Source of the DNA: Eimeria praecox
Lineage: Eukaryota
Direction: 5' to 3'
DNA length: 64,000 nucleotides
Assembly (NCBI GenBank): GCA_963920595.1
Contig: OY986948.1
Location: forward strand, 3,782,001 to 3,846,000
This document shows, in pieces, positions 1-14,141 of the stretch. Every line of letters starts with the position of its first letter. Within the stretch, counting starts at the first letter, position 1. Both the position numbers and the translations under genes were made by a program. The notes below the pieces were generated by a model. That model was not told the DNA's origin, made no database searches, and worked only from the letters and a program-made list of their open reading frames with translations.

Positions 1-59
1 AGAGACACGAGAGACGTTTAGGTATACCTAAGACAATCAGAACGCCAGCAGCAGAGTGT

Positions 60-86
60 ATGGCAGACAGTGATGCAGCAGCAGCA

Positions 87-119
<33 letters not shown>

Positions 120-209
120 GATGCTGAAGGGCTTGAAACAGAAGCAGAGACAAATGGAGATACGTCGTCATCCCCCTTCTGGCCCAACTCACAACCTGCT
201 GCTGCTGCT

Positions 210-241
<32 letters not shown>

Positions 242-342
242 TCAGAGGTCCCCTGTAAGGATGCGGAGGGGCTCGAGAAGCTCTTCGACATCTCCTCTCT
301 ATCTTGGGCCCCCACTACCAGGACATAGAGAGAGGGAGGCTC

Positions 343-380
<38 letters not shown>

Positions 381-1545
381 GAAGCAGAAGGAAGAGAAGA
401 TGAAGGGTCTCAGTGCAGCGGTGGCGTAGACAGCAGCAGCAGCAGCAGCAGCAGCAACATGTTTAAGAGGAGAGGATTCGGAAGAGAGACAAATAAAGGG
501 ACGAGGGCGAATGCAGATGAAGAGCATGTTGCTGCTGCTGCTGCTGCTGCTGCAGCAGCACAGCAGCAACGGCGGCCGCGGACACGCAGCAGCAGCAGGA
601 GCTACAGCAGAAACAGAGGAGGAAGAAGGAGAAGCAGCAGCAGCAACAGCAGCAGACGTAGCAGCAGAGACAATTACAGAAGGAGAAGGGGACGGAGGAG
701 CTGGTCTCCCTCTTCTAGAGGGAGAGGATCTAGGGGCCCGAGCCCATATAAACTAAGAGACAGAGACAGAGGAGACAGAGAGGGGGATATGAGGAGGCCT
801 TACAATCTGTATAGAGACAGAGATAGAGACAGAGACAGGGAAGATTATAGGGATGTTGACAGAGACAGAGACAGAGGAGACAGAGACAGAGGAGACAGAG
901 ACAGAGGAGATAGAGACAGAGGAGACAGAGAGAGGGAGAGAGATATGTGTAGATATAGAGACAGAGATATGTATGGGGCGAGAGACAGAAGCAGAGACAA
1001 CAACTACTGGGAATATCGAGACAGAGACAGAGGAGACAGAGACAGAGGAGACAGAGACAGAGGAGACAGAGATAGAGGAGACAGAGACAGAGATAGAGAA
1101 GGGAAGTATCGTCAATACTATGGAGATAGAGAAGAGGGGAGAGACAGAGAAGACGGAAGAGACAGAGGGGGGGGATTCGAACCCTATGGAGGGCCTAGAC
1201 GTTGGCTTCAAGATGATCGTAGAGAGACAGAGGGCCCCTGGAGGGGGCCCCAGAGGGGCCCTGGGGGCAGACAGGCAGAAGGAGACAGCTACGGCTGGCG
1301 TGGAGGGGGGGCGGGCAGATACAGAGACAATCGAGGGTGGAGACGTAGTAGCAGCAGGGGTCCCCGGCTTGGGGCCTCTCCTGGATACGACCCCACACAC
1401 GATCCCAGACACGATCCCAGAGATGATCGGAGATACGATCCTAGACGGGATCGTAAGGAAAATTACAGACAGAATTCAAGAGACAACGGAAGAAGAGATA
1501 ATAGAGAAGATTATACACACAACTCTAGAGACAACTCAAAGTATG

Positions 1546-1585
<40 letters not shown>

Positions 1586-1634
1586 GAGAGCTAGCAGCGA
1601 GAGGCGAAGGTCGTGCAGCCGCAGCAACTCATAA
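60..1634 (+). CDS. RS/RD-rich low-complexity protein (524 aa; SR-related, no folded domain visible)
   Basis: Long ATG-initiated ORF with poly-A tracts, RS dipeptides (RSSSRSYSR, RRSWSPSSRGRGSRGPSP) and (DRGDR)n repeats. It is GC-rich against AT-rich flanks and is followed by a (TA)n tract. Further exons cannot be excluded. Confidence 0.7.
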
Positions 1635-1685
1635 TTGGGGTGTATGGGCAGGTTTGTGTGTATAGATATGATGGAGGTGGCTTCG

Positions 1686-1762
<77 letters not shown>

Positions 1763-1969
1763 GTGGGGATCTCTACGGTGTCTCTGTAGGTTCACGTGTA
1801 CATACACCTGAAGTTTGAATTATTATCTCATCTTTTTCGATTGTATACATCCAAAAGCATTGCTTTTGATGTTTTTCTTCTCTTATAAACAATCTAAATT
1901 GTCTAGTTAGTTTTATTCCCCCTATTATTCTTATCCTTCTCAGATAAGATTGAGTTGAGGGGCTTAGGC

Positions 1970-2059
<90 letters not shown>

Positions 2060-2330
2060 ATATATCCCTTGTTAAAAGAATACGTTTTGAATTAGAGGGG
2101 AGAGGAGAGGGGGAGGTGGAGCTACACCTGAATGCGGCAGCAGCCATGCTACTACCCTGTTCTTCTACTTTTGTAGAAGGATATTTATATTATATTAGAT
2201 ATTCTTTTAAATATATTTTGATATATATAAATATTTACATTTACTGCTACTGTCAATACATTTAAACTTAAAAACATATATACTTCAGAACACTTTGAAA
2301 TAGCTATAAATACACAGAAAATGCAAGTAT

Positions 2331-2540
<210 letters not shown>

Positions 2541-2731
2541 ATGTAGATATACTCTCTGCTAGTTTTTAGTTGATGAGGGTATGTTGATTTCTAAATATAT
2601 AGGAGGTATAGTAATATAGCTTTGTTATTTTTCTTTTAGTTTTTTTTAATTAAATCGTTCGAATAAATATAAATCTCGACTCGTTTATAAGTGCGGTCTT
2701 CGCTCTCCCCACAAAATATATAAGGAAATCA

Positions 2732-2771
<40 letters not shown>

Positions 2772-2865
2772 CTATATATATATATATAGATATATATATA
2801 GATAGATAGATAGATATACATAGGTAGATATATAGATATAGATATAGATAAAGGTATAGAAATAC

Positions 2866-2945
<80 letters not shown>

Positions 2946-3165
2946 GAGGTTCTGTTGTGAATAGGAGAGCAGATAAGTCTGAATAGAATGTTAGTATATA
3001 TTTAAAGGAGAAAATATTTATATTATCTTTCTAATTTACATTTTGGATTCGATGATCTTGCGGTGTATATCCATCTTCCTGCTGTTTTTTTTTATTCTAT
3101 TTAACTATTCTTTGTCTGTCTGCTCTGAAGGCCATGTACTCTCTCTCCACTAAACAATATTAATT

Positions 3166-3233
<68 letters not shown>

Positions 3234-3676
3234 TCTCTATATATATATACAGATAGATAGATAGATAGGTAGATAGATATAGATATAGATATAGATATAG
3301 ATATAGATATAGATATATAGATATATATAGATATATAGATATATAGATATATAGATATATAGATATATAGATATATAGATATAGATATGGATATATAGAT
3401 ATAGATATAGATATAGATATAGATATAGATATAGATATAGATATAGATATAGATATATAGATATAGATATAGATATATCTGTATGTATATATAAATATAC
3501 CTATATTCTTCTTAATTCAAATGTATCTACTGCCTGCCTCTCATCTCATAGAAAATCCTGAATTTGTTTTCTTTTCTGTTTTCTGTGATCTAAGGAAGAT
3601 ATACAGAATCGAGTGGAGTGTATGTAGATATCAGAGTAGTAGCATTCAAGAAGAAGACGTAGACTAAGCTATGCAG

Positions 3677-3876
<200 letters not shown>

Positions 3877-4668
3877 CACCAGCCCGAAGCTGTAGATCCG
3901 AAGGGAAGCTGATCAGAAAGTGTTTTATTTATATATTATATCGAAAACAAATTAAACATTTTATTTTATTTTCAATGTTTTTCTCTACATTCTTCCTATC
4001 GAAGACTGGTGTGGTAGTGTACAGATCTAGGCTGGCTCCTACTTGCTCATAGGCACACGGATCTTGAAGCAAAGTAATACATAGTTGTATAGGTTTAAAT
4101 GTATTTTATTTGTATTTTTATATATAAATTAAATATAAAAGGATTTAAATCCTAGCAATTTATTTACAATAAAAAAGATTTAAGGTTCGTTCTCGCTCAA
4201 TCTCACACAGAGAGAGGCCCTGCCTGTCGGCTGTGATGGCGGGCAGATCAGATCACCGGGTATGATATTATCTTCTGTGTATACTAAGCAATTATATATA
4301 TATAAATATATATATTTGAGTTTTAAATGAACGTATTTGATGTTTCTCGCCGTTATTTAAATGCCTTTTATGTCTTTTTTTCTTAAATTATACCTCTACA
4401 AGCATCCTACTGTCTAGCGGAATGATATCATATCATCAATCGAGTTGTGTTATTGCTGATCTCCTAACAGATATATTTCTCCATTAGAAGAAACATATTT
4501 TCTTACTTTTCAACATTTTAAAAGAATATATATTCATATTTGTTGTTTTTCTTCTTTCAAATGATATATAACAGCAGAAGAACTCGCTGTTGTACTGTCG
4601 TTCTTAAAGGAAGTTATGTGAAGGAGAAGCAAAGATATCAGAAACGCCATCACACATTTTTCTTCAAA

Positions 4669-7033
4669 ATGCCGCATTTAAATTGTATTATTATTATTCT
4701 TTCTTTGATTTTATTTTCTTATTGTGATGCCACAGCAATAAGTAGATCTCGGGCCGCCGCCCTAACCTCTCACCTTTCTCCTATGGCCCCCAATGAATAT
4801 GCTGCCTTCTATAAAAAACCTGAATTTCAAGTAAACTTATATCCTAATATATATATATAAATATAAATATAAATATAAATATAAATATAAATATAAATAT
4901 ATATATAATGTTTTATAATATTGTGGTTTTTAAAATGTCTTTCTCCTTTCCTTTCAGTACTTCTTATAAGATACAGAGATAGACAAATCTGTAATGTGTT
5001 GTTTGGATGATAATCTCAGAGCTATAATTAGAATGTTGAAGGGTTTATATCTTTCATAAAATATTTTTTATATTTATATTTTATATTTTATTAAATATAT
5101 TAAACGAATGTTTCTGTTTTATAATTTGAATTTCAACAATTAATTGCGTTGTATATATATATATATTTGTTTTTCGATCGCGGTTATAAGAAACATGAAT
5201 ATACGTTCTATGTATATTTTAAATATATAATTGTATATATTTTTGTATTTTTATTTATTTCAGGAGATAAATAATCTGAGATCTCCTCTCTTAAGAGAAA
5301 TAACCCCAGGATCATCATCCCTTAGCCCTCATCATCCTCCTACAAGTTTCTCTGCTCTATGGACTCGAATTACGGCGCCTGCTCGATCTGCTATTGATTC
5401 TGTTCGAAAGGGAGCAAGAAATATATTAGCTGCAAGAAGATATCAGCCACAGCCACAACAACAACAACAACAATCGCAACAGCAGCCCGAGCGTGCTGGT
5501 ATGCGTATAGGTGAGAGTATAGTAATGTGTTGTAAATATTTGATGTTTGTATTATATTATAAACAACTTGCAATCACTCTTAATAGAATATTTAAATATA
5601 TTGAGGTGTATATTCATATTGATTCTGTTCGGATTGATGCATGCAGGGGCCCCGCCTTCTTCTCCTCGCGTAGGGCAACAATTTAGCAGATTACTAGCAG
5701 AAGGGAGAAAGGCTGGCCTGTCATCATCAGCAAAGATGAAATTGAGTGAGATAGCTGAGAGATACAAACCATCGTATGAAACAGCAGCAGCAATAGCAGC
5801 AGCATCCAAAGCACGAGCTGCTGCTCCTGCTGTTGCTCCTGCTAGACCTCCTCCTACTGCTGCTGCAGGAATAGGAAGAGGGGAAGGTGGTGTAGGACGG
5901 TGGGAGTATGCCCTTAAACAACCACGCGAATTTACTAGTGATGATTTCAAACTCAAAGATATAAGCGCAAGACTTCAAAAGGCTGAGGCAGCACAGAGCA
6001 AGCGAAAGGAAGAAGAAGAAGCAAAGAGACATAAACAACAAGAAGAACAAAAACGAAAGGAAGAAGAAACACGTAGAGAAAGAGAAAGAGAAGAAGAACG
6101 CCGAAAGAGAGAAGAAGAACGTAAAAGACGAGAAGAAGAAGAAGAAAGACGAAGGAGAGGAGAAGAAGAAGAAAGAAAGAGAAAGATACAAGAAGAAGAA
6201 AGACAAAAAGAAGAAGAAAGACGAAGGAGAGAGAGAGAAGAAAAACAGAAAAGAGAGAGAGAAGAAACACAAAAGCGGGAAGAAGAAAGAAGAAGAAAGG
6301 AGGCAGAAGAAAGAGAAAGAAGAGAACTACGAGACAAACAACGAAAAGAAGAAGCAGAAAGACAGAGAAAGAGAGAAGAAGAAGAAGGACGCAAACGGAG
6401 AGAAGCAGAAGAAAGAAGAAGAAAAGAAGAAGAAGAACGTAAACGAAGAGAAGCAGAAGAAAGAAGAAGAAAGGAAGAAGAAGAAGGACGCAGACGGAGA
6501 GAAGCAGAAGAAAGAAGAAGAAGAGAAGAAGAAGAAGGACGCAGACGGAGAGAAGCAGAAGAAAGAAGAAGAAAGGAAGAAGAAGAAGGACGCAAACGGA
6601 GAGAAGAAGAAGAAAGAAGAAGAAAAGAAGAAGAAGAGCGAAAGAAGAAGCATGAAGAAGAAAGTAGACGACGCAAGATAGAAGAAGAAACACAGAAAAA
6701 GAAGAAAGAAGAAGAAGAAGAAGTCAAAACACACAAACACAAAGAAGAAGAACAACAACAACAAGAACAACAAAGAAAGAAGAAAGCAGCAGAGGCTATA
6801 ACATCACAAATTAAAAAAAAAACAGTAAAACCTGCTTCTAAAGTACCTTTCGCTGCGGGCAAAACACAAGAACAACTCATCAAAGAAGCAGAGGCGATGC
6901 TTGCAGAAGTTGATGAGGAGGCAACAAGTAAGAAAAGACAAACAATGTTGATCGTGGTGTTCTGGATATATATATATATATATATATACAGAGAGAGAGA
7001 TAGATAGAGAGATAGAGGGAGATAGATAGAGAG

Positions 7034-7106
<73 letters not shown>

Positions 7107-7137
7107 TGTGTGAGTGTGCTGGTGTGTCGGTGTGCGG

Positions 7138-7186
<49 letters not shown>

Positions 7187-7388
7187 GATAGATAGATAGA
7201 TAGATATTGTGTTTCTGCATATAAGCATGAATAGATTATTATTGTTATTTAGAGGAGTTAATTTTATTAACAGAGTTAAAAGCCCATGTTTGCTCGTCTT
7301 AACATTATCATGATCCAAATGTTTTTCGCCTTTTGCAGTTTATTTGTTTTGTTTTAATTTTTCTTGTTTTTCTATCATCTGCCTTCGC

Positions 7389-7472
<84 letters not shown>

Positions 7473-7585
7473 TAGCCGGATGATTCATTTCACGTTTCCT
7501 CTCGTTTTGTTCTTCTTCTGCTGTTTGTTTGGTTTCTCCTTGATTGCTTGAATTTCTGCTTGCCTTGTCTCTTGTTATGTATTTG

Positions 7586-7648
<63 letters not shown>

Positions 7649-7875
7649 ATATACTACTATTATATATTATTTTATTGTTGTACTGTGTCTCTTCTTTAAT
7701 TTTTTTGGTTTTTCGTTGTTTGCTTCTTTCTGTTTCTGTTGAATTACAGAAGAATCATTCACGCAGCCTCCTTTGCCTGATTTTGTCCCTCGTGAATATA
7801 TCTCCCCCGAAGGTAAGAGAAGAAAATCTGAAGAAATCCAAATCTAAATACAATTATATTATATTATATATATAC

Positions 7876-7926
<51 letters not shown>

Positions 7927-8170
7927 TACATATTAAACTGTAAATACTGAGTCAATGTTGTCTGTTCATATACATAAAAACACTCCCTAAGAAAGTAGAA
8001 AGCCTCTCCTTTCTTACGTGTCGGCAGAGAATCTTCTCTCCATCTGTCCCTAGCAATTATTCCTTCATGTTAATAATTTCATGTTAATAATAATATCATT
8101 ATTATATCATAGAGCTGTTTTTACAGCACGTCTAACCATTCGTATGCACTAACAACCCCCGCAGAATATA

Positions 8171-8252
<82 letters not shown>

Positions 8253-10244
8253 TTTGATCTGTATATAATGTTTTCTTCAATGCATGCTGAATGCCGTACA
8301 TGCAAGTTGTGTGGCTGGTTTTGCTCTTCTTTGTCTCTGCCTTTTTAATATATCTTTTACTATCTGTGGCTGTTTAAGCAACATTTGTGTTATTTGATGA
8401 GTGTTTTGCTGGATAAAACAAATTAAATTATCTTTATTTGAACATAACGCTATCAGGAGCAGTAAACTGTTTACTGCTGTGGCTGCAGAAATAACTGTTT
8501 GTGGAGTTACTGGTAGAGACTGATTATGAATTCTGCGGGCTTTCTTACTCCTATCAGATTGTATTTATGCTTTATTTATTTATTTGGAATGAAAATATGG
8601 TCTTTTCATTGTGTTTCTGACTACGTTCGTGTTTGTTTTGTGTTGTTTAAAACACTTGCTTTAGTGTGTTTGATCCTCATGTTGTTTTTTCTTCTCTATT
8701 GCTAGTAATGTATAATTGCTGACATGTTACAATGTCTGCCGTAGCACTTTCAATATAATATTCTTTCTGTTGTATTGCTTCTCCTTCTGTTTTCTGTAGA
8801 GAAGGCAGCTCAAGCAAAACCAAATATCGATCCTGCTATACCACAAATACATTTAAAGAAAGCGTTAGAGGTTATGACAAATGTAGCGAAAAAATATTCC
8901 CATCCACATAACTACTTCCCCGAGGGTACACTCCGAGTCCAAAGTGCAATTAATGATGATCCCCATGGAGGTGAGCTCATATCTAACAATTCGTAAAACG
9001 ATATGAAATACGACTTCGATACAAGCAACATTAAACATAAGATTCTTTATTATTATTTATTTATATTTATTTTATATTTATTATATTCTTTATTATTATT
9101 TATTCGTATTAGTATTTATTCGTAGTACTTATGTTTAAGCAGCCAGTCACCTATGTTGTGTTGAGAGATACTGTTATTTCATCCTTCTTCCCCCAATATG
9201 AATACGTTGCCTTTCCCTTTGTTTGTTTGTTTGTTTGTTTTGGGGATTGTTTACCGTCGTCTTGTTATTTCTGAATTACTCTGTCTGTACTTCTCTGTTA
9301 TCTCAAATAATTGTACATCTTCTGTCTCTTGTTGTCTTAATCTGTGTCTCTTCGTTTATCCCTTGATCATCAGCTTCACTAGGATCAATTCTTCTATGCT
9401 TTACAATCTCGATATCCTTACATGACGGTTTCCTGCACACAACGAATTGGATTGTTTGATACGGTTTATGATTGTTTCTTGAAGTTCACTATCCTTCCTG
9501 TCATTTCAACAGCTATTAAATATGAGGTTTACAGTTTAACTGTCTGCTAATATTGATCGCTCTACCTACGCCTATCTCTTGCTTTCCAGGCTGTCATACA
9601 ATGACAACAAACTGGAGTGCATGTTCTGCTACCTGCGGAAGCGGCAAGCGCATGCGTCTTACGCGGGCTATAGAAGGAAAAAGTTGCATGACGACAGCAC
9701 ATCCAGAGATCTGCATTTCTTCGAGAGGATGCAAAAGTAAGCAAAGTGCTTCTCGGCGGAGACGAAGAACAGCAGAAACACAAACAGACTTAAGGGCAGC
9801 CGGGGGAAGGGGGGACGAAGGGGAGGGGGGGGGGAGGGGGAGGTGAATGGAGTTGCAACTCAATCGCAGCATGCAAGATTACGCCAAGAGAGTTTACGTA
9901 GCCATGTTTGCAAGGGAAAGAACAACCCTCCAATGTTTATATTGGGCTCCATGTATCTTCATGTACACTGCAGGTTTCATCAACTTGATCTCTACTGCTC
10001 TTGTTGCTTTTATGGTTGCTTGTGTGACTATGGATTGATTGTTGCAGGTGGAGAAGAGTTTTTAACTGCACTAGAAGGCAAATTGGAATCTATTCCTCAA
10101 GCATCTAAAGAAGAACTCGGTAGACTATTAATGAACAGTGCCAAATTGAGTAAGTATTCGGGGGACGAAGAACAGAAGAAACACAGACCGACTTAAGGGC
10201 AAGAACAGAAACAGAGGGAAAACAACCAATAGACAGCGAATAAA

Positions 10245-10340
<96 letters not shown>

Positions 10341-10380
10341 ACACGCACACACAGGCACACACACACACACTGACACACAG

Positions 10381-10432
<52 letters not shown>

Positions 10433-11273
10433 ACACACAGGCACACACTCACCCACAAACAAACATAGAGAGATCAAAGGGAAACACAAAACCAAACAGC
10501 GCCAGAGACAGAGACAGAAAGCAGTAGAGAAACTGAGAGAAATGCAGGAAGAGAGGTGGAAAAAAGTAACATATTGAGTGTTCAAAGAAGTATGAGTGAG
10601 CAGAAAATAGTAAAACAATTCAAATATCTAAATACAGAGTCGCTATCCCCTGCAAGCTAAGCACTCAATTATAAGTTTATCACAGAACTTGCTCGGATCA
10701 GCAAGATAATTGCCTTGATTTTGTTTCTGTTTTTGTTTATTTGATTGATATGGCCTTCCTGTCTCAAGGATGCTCCTCCTGTTTGTTGTAGGATATTGAA
10801 TTTATTACAGCTATTCTTTGGCGCGTTCGCTTTGTTTGTTTGCTTTTGCTACAGCAATAAGCCGAGAAGCCAAAATCGCATGCATAGAGTACGATACGGG
10901 TTATACCAGTCGGGTGTATAACTTACATGGATTGGTGGGACAGTTTGGCATTGGTTTCAGATTTCGCCTAGAGCAGCAAATGGACGAAAAGACGCAAAGT
11001 TGTAATTCGAAGATGGACGGCAAGGTTGTACCCAGGATTGAACGATGTAAGAAAGAGGCTCCATAGTATCTGTGCTTGAAGGCTGTTGATATATTTCTCG
11101 CGTTTTATTTTTATATTTTTATTGATTTAACACGTTAAACACTCAAGAAAACAAAAGCAATGAATAGATATGCCTTCTAGCTTTGTTTGTTGTGGCGGGG
11201 GAGGTAGGGTCCAAGTATTCTTGTGAAGTACAATTCCACCAGACAATGCCCTACTAGGATAACCACTAACTAC

Positions 11274-11336
<63 letters not shown>

Positions 11337-14141
11337 CTTTCTTGTTGCACAAAGCTTAGCTTAATCTCAACTAACACAAACGGGGTGCAGGTGGCAGTTC
11401 TTAAACAAGCTGTTTGATCTAATTTTGTTTTGACAGGGAAATCTTAGGTCTGCCCTGTTCTCAGCAATAAAAGCCCTAACTGAGATGCTCCAGCCACCAT
11501 GCATTAGTATCTTACCTTCTGCTGCACGTCATCGATTTCAATTTTGTGTACACTTATACGGTGCTCTGTCTCGAGCGATACTTTCAATTCACTCTTGTCT
11601 TCATGTTTATATCTTTGTCTATACTTCCAACATTCTACATCCTCCCTTGGCTTTAAGATGCTTTGTAGTAATCATGGGTTTGGGCTGTGTCAATCTCTAT
11701 AAGCATGCATAAAATTAGGGTTTTTGATTTAGAGAAACAAAGATAAGGACAGGAATAACTTAAAATGTTTACCTGAACACATTTACTAAACTACGCTACT
11801 ATACTATGCTATGATATTCACACGTTGGCTATTGTTGGTTTCTATCTTTAAGCAAGACAGTGCATCATATCAGTGCAGCAGAGGCAGCCCACAGGTATTA
11901 ACTTGCTGCTGCCACTACCCGCTAAGACTTGACTTTGTCTGGAGGATCTCTTCTTCTTTTTATTGTGTTTATGTGTTGTCTCGCAGTGACAATGGCCGAA
12001 TTCCGCAACAGTAAGCATCAACAAGCAAAGCCACAACATTGTGTGAAGCGCCAAGTGCTTCTTTTTCATTCTGTATAAAATGAAGAAACACTTAAGTTCT
12101 GGAGGACCACAGGAAGCATTGAATGCTGCAATATATTATATATTATTTATATTATGAAGCTTTAAAGATATTATTGTCTGCATATTTGGCTTTGTTTTAC
12201 GTTTATACTGCTCGTCCTTTGAAATGAGTGCTCGGGTTCATTTGTAATTTGTGTTATATTTTGTGCCTTTGACTATGCTTCTCTTTATTCTTAAAACAAG
12301 ATTCAGGGCATAGGATAGATGTCTTGTTCTCTTTGTTTATTTGTGCATTACTCTATAAAGATATGCTGGAGCGCCACAACGAAATAAGAAGAAAGAATTT
12401 TGTAGGCGAATTGAAGTGGAACCCCGTCATAGCAGCCAACGTTTTGAACTATCTAAGGGCTCAGGATCAATATCATCATTGCCGCATGGAGCATTCTCCC
12501 CAAGAACATCGTGTACTGGTACGTCGCAGCAGCCGCAGCAGCCGCAGGAGCAGCAGGAGCAGCAGCAGCAGCAGCAGCAGCTCCAGCTGCTTCAAACAAA
12601 GTTGGAGTAGTAGCGGTAGCAGCTGGAACCCCAACAGCAAGAGCATCAACAACGGCGGCACTGTCATGTAGTTATGTGTCTTGTAGCCATTAGTGAGGTT
12701 TGTTGTGCATATTTATCTGTTGGGTTTACTTAGCTGTGAATCTCTTTCGAGTTTTTTCTCCTTTATTATTTAATATATTATATTATATAGAGTTTTTTCT
12801 CCTTTATAAACCAGTAGATTGACAGTCCGTCCTCCTCTTAACTGTGCGCTTTTGGTCCTTTCAGCCAGGTCTTCAAGGCCGCTTAGGAGAAAATCTGTAC
12901 ACTGCCTGCTCTCCTGGACATCTGCCACGTGATGTGCCAGACACCTGGGCCAGCGAGGCTTACTGCTACAGGTACAGGCAGTTGAAGGATGCAGTCANNN
13001 NNNNNNNNNNNNNNNNNNNNNNNNNNNNNNNNNNNNNNNNNNNNNNNNNNNNNNNNNNNNNNNNNNNNNNNNNNNNNNNNNNNNNNNNNNNNNNNNNNNN
13101 NNNNNNNNNNNNNNNNNNNNNNNNNNNNNNNNNNNNNNNNNNNNNNNNNNNNNNNNNNNNNNNNNNNNNNNNNNNNNNNNNNNNNNNNNNNNNNNNNTCA
13201 AGCAAGAGCTGTGCATGCATGCATGGCATAGATATTAAAGTGCCTCAGAGTGCATGCACTCTTGTATCGGGGCATGCACACACTTGTACTCATTATAAAA
13301 ATTCCATGCATGCTAATATATAATTAATATTAATATATAATCATAATATATTAAGAGAAGCCTGCTCGTAAATCAGAAGCAGGTTTGCGTCTAGAATGTT
13401 TATACTGAGCGGTCTTCCTATATTTTGTTCCCCCATATGGAAATGTGTTGCCATTTCTTTGTTGTAATGCTTATGCCGTTACGTTTTTGTTTGCATGCTC
13501 CATAGAGGGTCTCTGTGCCTCAGCCTGATGGGTAGGCCTTCTCCTTCGCTTGCTAATACCTGTGTCAGGCTCCTTGTGACTGCTCAGATACGGAAAAATT
13601 GGGAATCCCTGCACCGGCATTTTGGGCCCCAAGTGTAGCATCGAGTCTCATGCAGAGGGGCTTATGACAGGCCACTTCACCTCCACGGTGTGGAGCACTT
13701 CTAAAGAAATGGGGTGTGCATACGTCGTCTGCAAGAGAGAGTGTCCGGCATCGAGGCCCATCTTGCTCGTCGGCTGTCAGTACAGCCCAGGTAACACAGC
13801 GTACCATACACCCCTGAAACCTCATAGTACTTGCCGAGTTCTGCATACTGCCTGTAGCTGCTGGGGCAGCAGGAGCAGCGGGAGCTGCAGTATCAGGAGT
13901 GGCTGCGTTGTAGGTCAGTTAGCATGTGTTGTGATGTGGGTGGGTGTCTACAGGTGGAAACATAGTAGGAGAGACGCCATTTACAAGGGATGTAGCTGTG
14001 AAGCTTCAGAGCGAATACCCCCAACTGCTACCAGAGGCCGCCGAACAGCCTGAAAAAATAAAAGAGTGCGAAAGGTTCATGAAGGAAATGGCTAAGAAAA
14101 ACCCTCGAGGGGATTTGACACAGCGGCGTCACTCCATTTAA
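4669..14141 (+). CDS. Secreted multidomain protein: signal peptide, E/R/K-rich helix, thrombospondin type-1 repeat (TSR), CAP/SCP/PR-1 domain (~985 aa, 11 exons)
   Basis: Exons 4669-4830, 5264-5510, 5647-6927, 8800-8970, 9590-9736, 10048-10149, 10855-11046, 12361-12518, 12865-12971, 13588-13790, 13954-14141. All introns are GT-AG with consistent phases; total 2958 nt. N-terminus MPHLNCIIIILSLILFSYCDA is signal-peptide-like. TSR motif WSACSATCGSGKRMRLTR. CAP motifs LERHNEIRR, MEHS, LGENL, GHFTSTVW, EMGCA and CQYSPGGN. The donors of exons 2 and 7 have in-phase alternatives. Confidence 0.85.
10246..10448. repeat. (CA)n microsatellite in intron 6 of the CAP gene
   Basis: Directly visible. Confidence 0.95.
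12998..13197. other. Assembly gap (200 N) inside intron 9 of the CAP gene
   Basis: Run of N. The flanking exons join in phase (AG|A = Arg), so no coding exon needs to be in the gap. Confidence 0.95.

Noticed and set aside
5727..7318. Minus-strand F/L/S-rich ORFs
   Set aside because: Antisense shadows of the GAA/AGA-rich exon 3 and adjoining microsatellites.
11020..11025. GC donor (ACG|GCAAGG) for CAP-gene exon 7
   Set aside because: An in-phase canonical GTAAGA donor exists at 11047, so the GC site is not required, though it cannot be excluded without RNA data.
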